IMG/VR virus record: IMGVR_UViG_3300030104_004631 | Coordinates: 24,153-88,152 of that record | DNA from: a virus | Length of the DNA stretch: 64,000 nucleotides | Reading direction: 5' to 3' (one strand) | Shown here: positions 22,501 to 32,304 of the stretch, in pieces | Layout: the number at the start of each line of letters is the position of its first letter | How positions within the stretch are numbered: the first letter of the stretch is position 1 | Made by a program: the position numbers and the translations under genes | The notes under the pieces: model-generated | Told to the model about the DNA's origin: nothing | Databases searched by the model: none | What the model saw: only the letters and a program-made list of their open reading frames with translations

Positions 22501-25500
22501 TCTTCGTTGCTTCAGCATCAGGTAATACTAATATTGAAGGAACTTTAACTGCTGATGGTCACACTGAATTAAACTCAACACTTAATGTTGATAATAATAC
22601 AACTCTTGGTGGTACACTTGTAGTCACAAACAACTCTGAGTTCAATGGAACTGTAGATGTTGATGCAGACTTTGCAGTTAGATCTGGTACAACAGATAAA
22701 GCAACAATCGCATCTTCCTCAGGTAATATAGCAACTGACGGAACTCTAGTTGTTGCGGGTCAAACAACTATTAATGATTCTCTAATCGTTCAAAGTGATA
22801 ATGAAGTAGTTAATATTAATAATGGTTCTGGTACAACTAAGTTTAGTATCGATACTGATAACGGTAATACAAACATCATTGGTACTGTTACTATTGGTGA
22901 TGCAACACAGATTAATGATACCTTAGGTGTTTCAGGTGTTACCACAATTACTAGAAATACTCAACAAACTCTATCTGGTTCTTATGCTGCTGATGGTGCA
23001 TTCCAACTAACTGGTGGTGCTGCTATTGGTAAGAACGTTGCTATTGGTGAAGGATTAAGAGTTTATGGTGGAACTGAATTAACTGGTGCTTTAGATCTTA
23101 ATAGTAGTGCAGATATATCTGGTGCTTTGGTATGTAATGATAATGTGAACATCAAAGCAGACAATAAGATGTTTACTATTGAAACTGCTGGTGGTGATGA
23201 TAAATTTACAGTTGATACCGATAATGGTAATACTGATATTCGTGGAACATTAGATGTTGGTGGTGATGTAACTGCTGAATCTAACCTCACAATTACGGGG
23301 AATCTTACTGTCAATGGAACAACAACTACTGTCAATTCTACGGTTACAACTCTCGATGACCCTATCATTACTGTGGGTGGTGACACAGCACCAGCGTCTA
23401 ACGACGGTAAGGATCGTGGTGTTGAGTTCCGTTATTATGACGGCTCTGCGAAAATTGGGTTCTTCGGATATGACAGATCCTCCTCACAATTCGCATTCCT
23501 AACAAGTGCAACTAATACTGCAGAGGTTCTTGCTGGTACAGATGGTGCTCTTCGTGCTGGCAGTTTAAATCTTACTGCTGCTGGTACTGCACTTGATGTA
23601 GATAATGATGCCAACATCGATGGTGCTTTAACTGTTGATGGTCAAATTGTTTCTAATAAATCAAGTGGTGCTCCATTCTCTATCGCTTCAACTACTAAGG
23701 TTGCTAACCTGAACGTTGACTTGTTGGATGGTATGACAACTGCAAGTGCTAATACAGCATCTACAGTTGTTAATCGTGATGGATCTGGAGACTTTGCTGC
23801 TAATCAAATCACTGCTGCTAGTGCTGCTGGTGCTGGTGCTGGATTCTTAGGTAACGCAACCACTGCTGACGCATGGAAGACTGCTAGAACATTCACTATT
23901 GACGGTGTTGTATCTGGTTCTGTATCTGTAGATGGTAGTGCTGCTCCAACAATTACAACAACATATGTTGATGCTGACATTACTGCTTTAGCAGCGATGA
24001 GTGGTACAGGATACGTTGTAAGAACTGCTGCAAATACTTACGCACAAAGAACACTTGCTGTAACAGCATCATCTGGTATTACACTTACTAACCCTGATGG
24101 TGTTTCTGGTAATACAACAATTAACGTTGCATCTTCAGATACAAACGCTGCAAACAACTTAGTATTACGTGACGGATCTGGTGACTTTGCTGCTAATGAG
24201 ATTACTTCAGACTTAGTTGGTAATCTTACAGGTGCTACTTCTACTGCTAAGGATCTTAATCCTGCTGCAGATAGTACATACGATCTTGGTACATCTTCTG
24301 TTAGATGGCAAGGAATCTTTGCAGATGCTGCAAATATAACTGCTATTACAGGAACCTTAACTGGTACAGTATCTAGTCTTGCTAACCATGACACTGCTGA
24401 CCTTGCTGAAGGCACTAATCTTTATTATACAGATGAGCGTGTTGATGATAGAGTTAATGCTCTTATAGTTGCTGGTACAGGTATTACTAAGGTTTATGAC
24501 GATGCTGCAGGAACTTATACACTTACAGTCACACAGGCAGATGTTAATACAGATAACATAACAGAAGGTTCAACTAATCTCTTTACAACTGCTGCAAGAA
24601 CTAGAACACACTTTACTTATGGAACTGGTATTACTCACTCTAGTGGCACTCTTTCTGTTACTCAGTCTGATATCGATACTGATAACGTTACTGAAGGTTC
24701 TACTAACCTCTTTACTACTGCTGCTAGGACACGTACTCACTTCACCTATGGTACAGGTATTACTCATAGTTCTGGTACTCTATCTGTTACTCAAGCGGAT
24801 ATAAACACTGATAATGTAACAGAGGGATCAACTAATCTCTTTACAACTGCTGCTAGAACTAGAACTCACTTTACATATGGTACTGGTATTACACACAGTT
24901 CTGGAACTCTATCTGTAACACAGGCAGATATTGACACTGACAATGTAACTGAAGGATCAACAAATCTATTCACTACTGCTGCTAGAACTAGAGGTCACAT
25001 CTCTGTTACTGGAGACCTAGCATACAACAGTGGCACAGGTGTTATCTCCTTTACTGAGAGGACTGATGCTGAGGTGAATACTCTTGCAGACGCAAGAGTT
25101 GCTGCTGCAACTGGTGCAAACCTTGATCTATCCAGTAAGTCTACAACTAACCTTTCTGAGGGAACTAATCAATATTATACAGAAGCAAGAGTACAAGCAA
25201 AACTTGATAATGCATTTGAGCAATTGAGTGCTATGCTTAATAACCTTGCAACTTCAACTACACTTACACTAGCACTTAGTGGAGACCCAACACCAGGTGC
25301 AGTTGTCACAACAGGAGTTAGTGTTGGTGGTGGCGGTGGATTTACTGCTGGAACTGGTGTAGCAACCAGTGGTGGTACAGGTTCTTCCTTGACAGTTGAT
25401 ACTACTGTTGTTGGTGGTGCTATTACTGCTGCTACAGTAAACGCAGGTGGTTCTGGATATCTAATTTCAGATACTGTCACAGTAACCAACCCCAATGCAG

Positions 25501-26213
25501 GTAAGGTTCTTACATTAAACTTAGCAACATTATCTGGTGGAACAGGTTACTCATCTGCAACTGGAGTCGCAGTTACTGGAGGATCTGGTTCTTCTATGAC
25601 TGCTGACATTACAGCATCTGCAGGTGCTATCACTAACGTAACAGTAAATGCTGGTGGAACTGGTTTCGCTGCAGGTGAGACCATAACTATTACCAATGCT
25701 AACGCATCTGGTATTAAGACTACAGGAAACGTTAGTGCTGCTGATGCATCAAGGACTGCTGGTACATATACAATCGGTGCTTCTGATTATGGTACAGGTG
25801 GATCTGGTAATTCTGCAACATTTAGTATTGTAGTTGATGGTAGCGGTGCTGCAACAATCACTGTTACTGATGACGGTACAGGATTTGTTGTTGATGAAAC
25901 AATCACAGTTGCTGATGCACAACTTGGTGGTGGTGGCGGTGCTGCTCTCACCTTTGATGCTACAGCAATTCATGGTAATGGAGCAACAGTTAATATCGCT
26001 ACTGTTGCAACAAACGCAACATTAACTCTTACTGACATCACAACGATGGAAGTTGGAGCAACTGTTACAGGTGCTACTTCTGGCACCACAGGTGTTGTTA
26101 CTGCTCTCGGCACTAACGCAATCACCGTTGATAATGTAGATGGATTCTTTAAGAAAGGAGAAGTCGTCAGTGCAAATGATGTTACTACATTAACTATATC
26201 TTCATTCTCTTGA
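19596..26213 (+). CDS. Long tail fibre / fibre protein
   Basis: N-terminal RIQLRRG...W...NP.LAQGE.G.E.DT..FKIGDG...WN.L (Mtd_N-like fibre anchor). T/G/A/S-rich with many internal repeats. Confidence 0.8.
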   Translation: MANRIQLRRGNGQEWQNSNPILAQGELGIELDTGRFKIGDGVTSWNTLRYERPIESTSNTANTLVQRDTDGNFSAATITATVIGNASTASRLASSRQIQIIGDVSGSQIFDGSENISITSTLDLLSSLPHHDNTETSSGTYTKVTVDAKGRVTNASNPTTLADYNLNGTVEGSSAQAYDLDLVAVAGLTTTGFISRTATNTMATRTITGTAGKINVNNGGGLAGNPTLDLATTTVVDGDYNTESLTSVSGVGSNSEPFGTETVNAVKFSVDDRGRLTSATNVPIATATQGTTALAYNAGTTYVRGNQITNASKLYQAIAGIAAGAGAPTHSDTSDAGSWRHLGAATSPQKGLASFDQEDFAVTAAGHVTMALGSIDNDQLQNSRISFADGNAVEHFDLDQELTATTGYRGLNKLNYIKVNDTSGNLLFGANNTGDSSAGEIDVNVRSYFSDPDITLDGAVAQTLDKTGDGNLTFQTTQDSTSARTLSILATNAGTGTSGVVVTAENAVTITASDAAGKVQVEDTYFQGDYIASSAATMILDPGDDRAVSGKVQIMGDLQVDGTTTTINSTITTLDDPIITLGGDTAPGSDDNKDRGVEFRYYDASAKVGFFGYDDSAADLGGHTGAFTFLYDATNTSEVFAGTDAGIIAGNLKLTTNTNSTSNTTGDLVVAGGVGIGDDVNIGGLLDVDGTFRANSTSRFDDNIVFQGASKTLELKNGSGTTKTTLHTTTGNAEFGGIVTTTGAIDANSTLNVANEVYLESTNEPDILSGAPHSIQNADYGAFRCDGGGYFDKAVLFNGDIFLNGDFNQQEDATENYGLRNYLSVRYKMRAGSVGVYTPSYSNHNTSNLRVFGGAGVNTTLHVGATGVGQGLFVGKKNSGDTVKFSVDGPSGNVDTSGTLVVAGQTTINDTLIINAANEEFAIQNGSGTDKFTVDTDNGNTVIQGTVNIEGVTDIDNDFAVRSGTTDKFFVASASGNTNIEGTLTADGHTELNSTLNVDNNTTLGGTLVVTNNSEFNGTVDVDADFAVRSGTTDKATIASSSGNIATDGTLVVAGQTTINDSLIVQSDNEVVNINNGSGTTKFSIDTDNGNTNIIGTVTIGDATQINDTLGVSGVTTITRNTQQTLSGSYAADGAFQLTGGAAIGKNVAIGEGLRVYGGTELTGALDLNSSADISGALVCNDNVNIKADNKMFTIETAGGDDKFTVDTDNGNTDIRGTLDVGGDVTAESNLTITGNLTVNGTTTTVNSTVTTLDDPIITVGGDTAPASNDGKDRGVEFRYYDGSAKIGFFGYDRSSSQFAFLTSATNTAEVLAGTDGALRAGSLNLTAAGTALDVDNDANIDGALTVDGQIVSNKSSGAPFSIASTTKVANLNVDLLDGMTTASANTASTVVNRDGSGDFAANQITAASAAGAGAGFLGNATTADAWKTARTFTIDGVVSGSVSVDGSAAPTITTTYVDADITALAAMSGTGYVVRTAANTYAQRTLAVTASSGITLTNPDGVSGNTTINVASSDTNAANNLVLRDGSGDFAANEITSDLVGNLTGATSTAKDLNPAADSTYDLGTSSVRWQGIFADAANITAITGTLTGTVSSLANHDTADLAEGTNLYYTDERVDDRVNALIVAGTGITKVYDDAAGTYTLTVTQADVNTDNITEGSTNLFTTAARTRTHFTYGTGITHSSGTLSVTQSDIDTDNVTEGSTNLFTTAARTRTHFTYGTGITHSSGTLSVTQADINTDNVTEGSTNLFTTAARTRTHFTYGTGITHSSGTLSVTQADIDTDNVTEGSTNLFTTAARTRGHISVTGDLAYNSGTGVISFTERTDAEVNTLADARVAAATGANLDLSSKSTTNLSEGTNQYYTEARVQAKLDNAFEQLSAMLNNLATSTTLTLALSGDPTPGAVVTTGVSVGGGGGFTAGTGVATSGGTGSSLTVDTTVVGGAITAATVNAGGSGYLISDTVTVTNPNAGKVLTLNLATLSGGTGYSSATGVAVTGGSGSSMTADITASAGAITNVTVNAGGTGFAAGETITITNANASGIKTTGNVSAADASRTAGTYTIGASDYGTGGSGNSATFSIVVDGSGAATITVTDDGTGFVVDETITVADAQLGGGGGAALTFDATAIHGNGATVNIATVATNATLTLTDITTMEVGATVTGATSGTTGVVTALGTNAITVDNVDGFFKKGEVVSANDVTTLTISSFS
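24531..24999 (+). repeat. Coding tandem repeat, 129-nt (43 aa) period, about 3.6 copies
   Basis: Units start at 24531, 24660, 24789 and 24918: TQxD[IV]xTDN[IV]TEGSTNLFTTAARTRTHFTYGTGITHSSGTLSV. Confidence 0.9.
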
Positions 26214-26219
26214 TAACCC

Positions 26220-27026
26220 ATGTCAGCAACTAGACCCGCAACTAAAACCGAACTAAGAGATTATGCTCTTCGTCGTTTGGGATATCCAACGATTGACATC
26301 AACGTTGCTACAACGCAACTCGATGATCTAATTGAAGAAGCAATTGACTACTACCAAGAGTATCATTATAATGGTAGTTACAAAACTTTTATTAAAATAG
26401 AAGTTACTGATGCTATTAAGACCGCTGCACAAGCATCTGCTCAAATTGGTTCTACTGCTTGGTATGAAGGAACTGAGTATGTTGATCTACCTCCTGGTGT
26501 ATTGAGTGTTAATAAGGTTTATAGTCAAATTGGTGCTTCTAGTATTGTTCCTGGAAATATTTTTAATATTAAATATCAAATTTTCTTGAATGATATTTAC
26601 TCAATGACTCATGGTCAAATCCTTCATTATTATATGACTTCTCAATATCTTGAGACTTTGGATTGGATTACCAATAGTAGTAATAGTCGTAGGACTAGAT
26701 TCAATGAACTGCAAGGAAGATTGTATCTTGATTTTGATTGGGAAGAACTACAAGCTGGTGATTTTATTTTAGTTGAAACAATGATGCGTCAAGATCCTGA
26801 AACTTACACTGCGATGTATAATGACAACTGGTTGAAAGATTATGTTGAGTCATTATTCCAACAACAGTGGGGTCGTAATTTAAGTAAGTATGATGGTATT
26901 CAAATGTTAGGTGGTGTTACACTTAATGGTCGTCAAATACTTGAGGATGCGAGTACCTTTAAGAAAGATCTTGAAACTACTCTTCGTGAGACATATGAAC
27001 TTCCACCTTTGGATTTGGTAGGTTAA
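26220..27026 (+). CDS. gp13: Neck protein gp13
   Basis: L.DYALRRLG.P.I.INV...Q.DD.I; QQWG.NL.KY.G.QM.GGVTLNG. Confidence 0.92.
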   Translation: MSATRPATKTELRDYALRRLGYPTIDINVATTQLDDLIEEAIDYYQEYHYNGSYKTFIKIEVTDAIKTAAQASAQIGSTAWYEGTEYVDLPPGVLSVNKVYSQIGASSIVPGNIFNIKYQIFLNDIYSMTHGQILHYYMTSQYLETLDWITNSSNSRRTRFNELQGRLYLDFDWEELQAGDFILVETMMRQDPETYTAMYNDNWLKDYVESLFQQQWGRNLSKYDGIQMLGGVTLNGRQILEDASTFKKDLETTLRETYELPPLDLVG

Positions 27027-27027
27027 T

Positions 27028-27954
27028 ATGGCATTTTCCAATTCTCCAGCGTCAGATTTTGTTTTTAGAGATCATACAAATCTTCTAAAAGCAAATGGTT
27101 CTGCTCAAGAACAAACTTTTATAGAAAATTTAATTGTAGAGAGTATTGAAATCTACGGTCAAGATATCTACTACATGCCTAGAACCTATGTCAACAGAGA
27201 CACTATTTTAGGTGAAGTTGAAAATAGTAGATTTACACAAGCATTACAAGTTAGAGCGTATGTTAATAACGTAGAGGGATGGGAAGGACAAGGAGAATTG
27301 TTAAGTAAGTTTGGTGTTCGTATTGAAGACAAAACAACTTTTGTTTTTTCTAGAGAAAAGTTTACATCTGCTGTAGATGATAATGCAGTATTGAATGTTG
27401 AGGGTCGTCCTAATGAAGGAGATTTAATTTGGTTTCCTGCTACTAAACATTTATTTGAGATTCAGTTTGTTGAGGCAGAAAGACCATTCTACCAGTTAGG
27501 AAAAGGTTTTGTTTGGGAATGTCAGTGTGAACTCTTCCAGTATGCAGACGAGGCACTCGATACTGGAGTTGCAGAGATTGATGGTATTGAAGCAGCATTT
27601 GCTAATGCTATTACAGTCAACTTTGCTGCTGGTGGTTCTGGTACGTTTACAGTTGGTGAGGTAGTTGCTGGTGGTACATCTAATGTAACTGCTGAAGTTA
27701 AAGCATGGAATGCTACTGACAGACAACTACAAGTGTACAATAGGTCTGGTATCTTTACTATTCCAGAAACTGTAACTGGACAAACTTCTGGTGCTGCTTG
27801 GACATCTGCATCCTATAATACACTAAATAACGTTAATACCGCTGACAGCATTGATACCAACTTTGGTTTTGAGACTGCTGATGACGATATCATAGATTTT
27901 ACAGAAGGTAATCCCTTCGGTTCAATTGGTTCCACTACTGACACTACAATCTGA
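27028..27954 (+). CDS. gp14: Neck protein gp14
   Basis: LIVESIEIYGQDIYY.PR; RPNEGDLI.FP....LFEI.FVE...PFYQLGK; ends DF.E.NPFG. Confidence 0.92.
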   Translation: MAFSNSPASDFVFRDHTNLLKANGSAQEQTFIENLIVESIEIYGQDIYYMPRTYVNRDTILGEVENSRFTQALQVRAYVNNVEGWEGQGELLSKFGVRIEDKTTFVFSREKFTSAVDDNAVLNVEGRPNEGDLIWFPATKHLFEIQFVEAERPFYQLGKGFVWECQCELFQYADEALDTGVAEIDGIEAAFANAITVNFAAGGSGTFTVGEVVAGGTSNVTAEVKAWNATDRQLQVYNRSGIFTIPETVTGQTSGAAWTSASYNTLNNVNTADSIDTNFGFETADDDIIDFTEGNPFGSIGSTTDTTI

Positions 27955-28742
27955 TGTTAGGTACATATTCATATCACGAAATTTTTAGACGAACTGTTGT
28001 AGCGTTTGGTACGTTGTTTAACAACATTGAACTTCGTCGTTCAACCGAGGTACAGAAAGTTCCTTTGGCTTATGGTCCAAAGCAAAAATTCTTAGCACGA
28101 TTAGATCAAGTTCCTGATCCTACTAACAAAAGAGTTCAAATTACATTACCTAGAATCTCTTTCGAGATTAATGGTATTCAATATGATTCTTCAAGAAAGG
28201 TATCACCCACTCAAAAAATTAAATTTCCTAAAGATGGTGACGAGAATAAGACAGCATATATGCCTGTTCCTTATAATCTCTCATTTGAATTAGCAATCAT
28301 TTCTAAGAATCAGGAAGATGGTCTTCAGATTCTTGAACAAATTCTTCCATTTTTTCAACCACATTTTAATCTGGCAGTTAAGTTAGTTCCTGATGTAAAT
28401 GAAACAAAGGATGTTCCTGTTGTTTTAAACAGTGTTGACTATGAAGATGATTATGAAAACAACTTTCAGACTCGTAGAGCAATCATTTACACTTTACAAT
28501 TTACTGTAAAAACTTATCTATACGGTCCTGTTACTGATACCAAGACTATCAAAAAAGTTATTACAGATTACTATACCGATACAAATACAACTTCTGCACC
28601 AAGAGAAGTTCGGTATACAATTCAACCAAATCCTATTACAGCAGATGCTGATGATGATTTTGGATTCGGTATTGTTGACGAAGACTTTACCGATATGAAG
28701 AAACGTAATCCTACAAGTGGATCTGACGAGACAATAACATGA
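27954..28742 (+). CDS. gp15: Tail sheath stabilizer/terminator gp15
   Basis: FGTLFNNI; VPLAYGPKQKFL; LPRISFE; QILEQILPFFQP. Confidence 0.92.
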   Translation: MLGTYSYHEIFRRTVVAFGTLFNNIELRRSTEVQKVPLAYGPKQKFLARLDQVPDPTNKRVQITLPRISFEINGIQYDSSRKVSPTQKIKFPKDGDENKTAYMPVPYNLSFELAIISKNQEDGLQILEQILPFFQPHFNLAVKLVPDVNETKDVPVVLNSVDYEDDYENNFQTRRAIIYTLQFTVKTYLYGPVTDTKTIKKVITDYYTDTNTTSAPREVRYTIQPNPITADADDDFGFGIVDEDFTDMKKRNPTSGSDETIT

Positions 28743-29170
28743 CGAATCCTTTTGATGGTCTCGATACTGCCTTTGGAGCAGAACCTTCTGAACTTCAGAA
28801 GCATGTTGAGAAGGTGAAACCCCAATTAAAAAAATCTGAAGAAGGTGATGTCAAGCAAGATTATGAGACTTCTCGTGCTGCATTACATATGTTAGTGATG
28901 AAAGGACAGGAGGCAGTAGATGGAATTCTTGACGTTGCGAGAGCAAGCGATCATCCTAGAGCTTATGAGGTTGCTGCGACAACGATTAAAAGTGTAGCAG
29001 ATACTGCTGACAAACTCATTGACTTACAAAAGAAAATGAAGGAGTTAGATGCTGAAGATAAAAAATCAGGACCATCGACTGTTAATAACACAATGTTCGT
29101 TGGTAGCACTGCTGATCTCCAAAAAATGTTAAAGAAACAAAAGGAGATAAATAATACTGACACGAAATAA
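28739..29170 (+). CDS. gp16: Terminase small subunit gp16
   Basis: DYE.SR; HPRAYEV; NN.MFVGST.DLQKML. Confidence 0.92.
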   Translation: MTNPFDGLDTAFGAEPSELQKHVEKVKPQLKKSEEGDVKQDYETSRAALHMLVMKGQEAVDGILDVARASDHPRAYEVAATTIKSVADTADKLIDLQKKMKELDAEDKKSGPSTVNNTMFVGSTADLQKMLKKQKEINNTDTK

Positions 29171-29176
29171 CAAGAC

Positions 29177-29713
29177 ATGACAGTTCTTAATGTATTAAGT
29201 ACCAATTCAGTAGCCGCTGGTGCGACTGAATATCAAACAGTACAAACAGGATATTATAGAGTTGGTTCTACAGCAGGTGCTGCTACTGTTTCTTTTAACG
29301 GTGGTGCGGCAATAACTCTAGTACAAAATGAATTCATTCTTATCAAGGGTGGCAAACCTGGTCAAGCAAAAATAGTTAAAGCAGTTGATGATTCTACTGC
29401 TGATTACTTTGTTGGTGAGCATCTTCAAGATACATCTGCAAATCATCCATTCTCTGTGGGAGATTTTATTGCGATTGTAGATGACTCTACTGATCCAGGA
29501 ATTGATAGTAACTTCCTTTCTGCTGGCACTGCTGGTAAAAAAATTACTGCAATTTCAACTAGTAACTTATTAACTACTGACGTAGATTCTTCTTCAGCAA
29601 GTGCTGATTACACTTGGTCATCTGGTCCTAAGGCAAGAATTTTACGTGCTGTTAAGATAACAGCTGCCACTAGTGCAGTTATTGTTGAAGAAGTACAAGT
29701 AGTAGGCGGTTAA
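29177..29713 (+). CDS. Hypothetical (probable virion) protein
   Basis: 178 aa ORF; late promoter-like GATAAATA at 29146-29153. Confidence 0.6.
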   Translation: MTVLNVLSTNSVAAGATEYQTVQTGYYRVGSTAGAATVSFNGGAAITLVQNEFILIKGGKPGQAKIVKAVDDSTADYFVGEHLQDTSANHPFSVGDFIAIVDDSTDPGIDSNFLSAGTAGKKITAISTSNLLTTDVDSSSASADYTWSSGPKARILRAVKITAATSAVIVEEVQVVGG

Positions 29714-30400
29714 ATGGCTGAAGGTTTTAAGTCTGATATTCCACCCGCAATTAATCAAACCGCTAAGAAATACATTAGAGGTATGATGAAGGGTAAAAAA
29801 CGTTGGTCTAAGTTATATGGCACACGTGATAAGGAAGTCATGCATAAGACTGCGAATAAAATGGCACTTAAAGATAATCTGAAAGTTATGTATTACAAAG
29901 ATTTCATCAACTTGGTTGAAGGCAATCCTACTACAAGGTTGCTTTCAAAAGCAAAATCTAAAACTACTGGAAATATTTCTGCAGATCGGGGAACCGATGA
30001 GAAGAAAAATAGATCGAGTAGAAAAAACCTTGAGAAAGATCTCAAGAAAAAAGGTATTGGTTACAAGAAAGGAGTCGGAGAATATAAATATTCATCAGGT
30101 GAAGGCACTGGACGTGAAGTCTCATACCAAACCTCTCCAGGTAAGGGAATGAGTAAGCGTCGCTTTGGTAAAGTTATGCGACGATTGGGTCGCAAACATG
30201 GACAGGAATCAGTAATCACAAAGAAAGCAGGTAAATCTGCTAAACTGCATGATACTGAATCAAAGAAACCCTCTAAGTCTATAAGTTTAGGAAAGGCAAA
30301 ACCAGGAAAAAATCCTTCTGGACAGGGAGAAACTTCTGGAACAAAAGTTAGAAAAGGAAAACTAGGTAAAACCAACAAACCATCATACCATTATGGATAA
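29714..30400 (+). CDS. Basic Lys-rich protein, probable internal head protein
   Basis: K/R-rich; YKDFINLVE|G resembles a prohead-protease-processed leader. Confidence 0.55.
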   Translation: MAEGFKSDIPPAINQTAKKYIRGMMKGKKRWSKLYGTRDKEVMHKTANKMALKDNLKVMYYKDFINLVEGNPTTRLLSKAKSKTTGNISADRGTDEKKNRSSRKNLEKDLKKKGIGYKKGVGEYKYSSGEGTGREVSYQTSPGKGMSKRRFGKVMRRLGRKHGQESVITKKAGKSAKLHDTESKKPSKSISLGKAKPGKNPSGQGETSGTKVRKGKLGKTNKPSYHYG

Positions 30401-32285
30401 CATGAAAGCAACTATCAATGAAAGGGGTGACCATTGGCATCCCGATCCTGAGAAGGATAAGAAGTTGGGTGGTCCTGGTGCTAATCAGCGTGCTCGTGAA
30501 GATCGTGCTGATGCTGCTAAACCAAAGTCTGATCCTAAGAAGTTGAGGAAGGGTGAATCATATATGGATTATGCTAAACGTCATGGACACAAGTCACCTA
30601 CTAAGAAAAAATCTCTCTTGGGTCGTTTAGGTTTGAGGAAAGAAGCGTATAGAGTGCTTGCTAAGGACAAAGGTGAAGAAGGTAAACCATCTCAGTTCTC
30701 ATATAAGGATGAGAAGGATGCTAAGAAATTTGCTGATGGTATTAATAAGAAAGGTGGTAAGGCAACTGTGACTAAAGAACATCATACAAAAGATAAAGAT
30801 GGTAAAGTAATAGAGCATGAGGATGGAACACCTAGTTCAGTAGAAGAAGAAATTAAGATGACTAGGAAAGCATATTCAAAAATCCATAAAGACTTTAGAA
30901 GTGACATGAAAAATCCTAGAACTACAAAGTATGTGCCAGGTAAAGGTACAGTATCAATGCCTGTTAAGTTTGTGGAAGAAGGAAAAGGTTATCAACCAGA
31001 AATCGAACATAGTAAAATGGGTGATGCTAAAAAGAAAGCAGAGAAGAAAAGGAAAGAAGCAGAAAAGAGTTTACCACCACATCTAAAATTGGATACCATG
31101 AGAAAAGCATTTGCACACACTAACGAAAGTATTGATCTAACTGAAGAGTGGGTTGATGCTAGTATAGAAGTATCAGCAGATTACTTTTTTGCAGAAGGAA
31201 TCAATGAAGATGGTCTTGATCAGATCATTGATGAAGTTGGACTAGAAGATTTTGTAGATTTTGTTATTGATCCTATTGAAGAACTTAATGAAGAAAGGGC
31301 AGCAAGAAAGGCATCTGCTAAAGCACCTTCATATGAAAAGGTAAAGGCAAAGGTTGATGCTGGTGATGCAGCAAGAAAGAAAGCAGGTAAAGGTGAGTAT
31401 GCTGATACTGCTGCTGCTAAACGTAACTATGGTGATGAAGAAGCACCAGAAGGTAAAACTGCTAAGAAAAAAGCAGTTGCCAAGGTTACTGTAAGGAAAC
31501 CTAAAGCAGCACCTAAGAAGAAAGCAGCAACTAAAGCAAAGGTAGAGAAGGCAGTTAAGACTGCTAAGAAAACTCAACCAGCAAAACCAACATCAAAGAA
31601 AGGTTTGTTTGGTAAGGTGGGTGATGCTGTTAAGAAAGGTATGGAAAGACATAACAAAGCAAGAGCAGCAGGTAAAGAACCAGAGAAGCGTGTAAAGGAA
31701 TTCGCAAAAGGATTTAAGAAAGGTGTTAAGGATACAGTTAAGTTTGCTGGTAAGGTTAAGAAAGCAGTAACTACTGAGGAAAGAGTAGCTGAAGGACTAA
31801 AGAAAGCAAGAAAGAATGTGGGAGCATCTACTTGTTGGGATGGTTACAAAGCTCAAGGAACTAAAAAGAAAGGTGGTAAGGAAGTTCCTAACTGCGTGAA
31901 GGAAGAAGAACAAGAACTCAAAGAGTACTCACCAAATGTAAGCTACCAAGCAAAAGGTGGTAAGAAGTCTGGTAAATTAGGCAAGTCTTCTGTTTACAGT
32001 CTTAGGGGAGATGATGAAAGTAAAAAAGATTTTAGGAAGTCTCACGTTAAAGATGTGAAAGATGGTTATGTTGGTAAAGGACACAAACCTACACCAGGTA
32101 AGTTTAAGAAAGAAGAAGCATTAGTTGTTGATGAAGGTATCGGTGATATGGCAATTAAAGCAATTGAAAAAACTAATCCTCCACATATCAGTAAGCGTTC
32201 TGACATGATGCGTAAAATTAAGTTGAATCAACTTAAGAGTTACTTGAAGAAACAGGACGAGAAAAAGAAAAAAGCAGCATCATAG
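30393..32285 (+). CDS. Lys-rich modular protein, probable internal head protein
   Basis: 630 aa; short modules ending in [ILVF]x(x)E; CWDGYK..GTKKKGGK.VPNCVKEE motif common in T4-like cyanophages. Confidence 0.6.
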   Translation: MDNMKATINERGDHWHPDPEKDKKLGGPGANQRAREDRADAAKPKSDPKKLRKGESYMDYAKRHGHKSPTKKKSLLGRLGLRKEAYRVLAKDKGEEGKPSQFSYKDEKDAKKFADGINKKGGKATVTKEHHTKDKDGKVIEHEDGTPSSVEEEIKMTRKAYSKIHKDFRSDMKNPRTTKYVPGKGTVSMPVKFVEEGKGYQPEIEHSKMGDAKKKAEKKRKEAEKSLPPHLKLDTMRKAFAHTNESIDLTEEWVDASIEVSADYFFAEGINEDGLDQIIDEVGLEDFVDFVIDPIEELNEERAARKASAKAPSYEKVKAKVDAGDAARKKAGKGEYADTAAAKRNYGDEEAPEGKTAKKKAVAKVTVRKPKAAPKKKAATKAKVEKAVKTAKKTQPAKPTSKKGLFGKVGDAVKKGMERHNKARAAGKEPEKRVKEFAKGFKKGVKDTVKFAGKVKKAVTTEERVAEGLKKARKNVGASTCWDGYKAQGTKKKGGKEVPNCVKEEEQELKEYSPNVSYQAKGGKKSGKLGKSSVYSLRGDDESKKDFRKSHVKDVKDGYVGKGHKPTPGKFKKEEALVVDEGIGDMAIKAIEKTNPPHISKRSDMMRKIKLNQLKSYLKKQDEKKKKAAS

Positions 32286-32296
32286 ATCGATAAACG

Positions 32297-32304
32297 TATA
32301 AATA
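32297..32304 (+). promoter_or_regulatory. Late promoter TATAAATA
   Basis: Exact match, intergenic. Confidence 0.7.

Noticed and set aside
24531-24999. Periodic repeats as a possible CRISPR array
   Set aside because: In-frame coding repeats with synonymous divergence, no unique spacers and no cas genes.
19596-26213. Diversity-generating retroelement suggested by the Mtd-like N-terminus
   Set aside because: No reverse transcriptase in the window and no TR/VR pair differing only at adenines.
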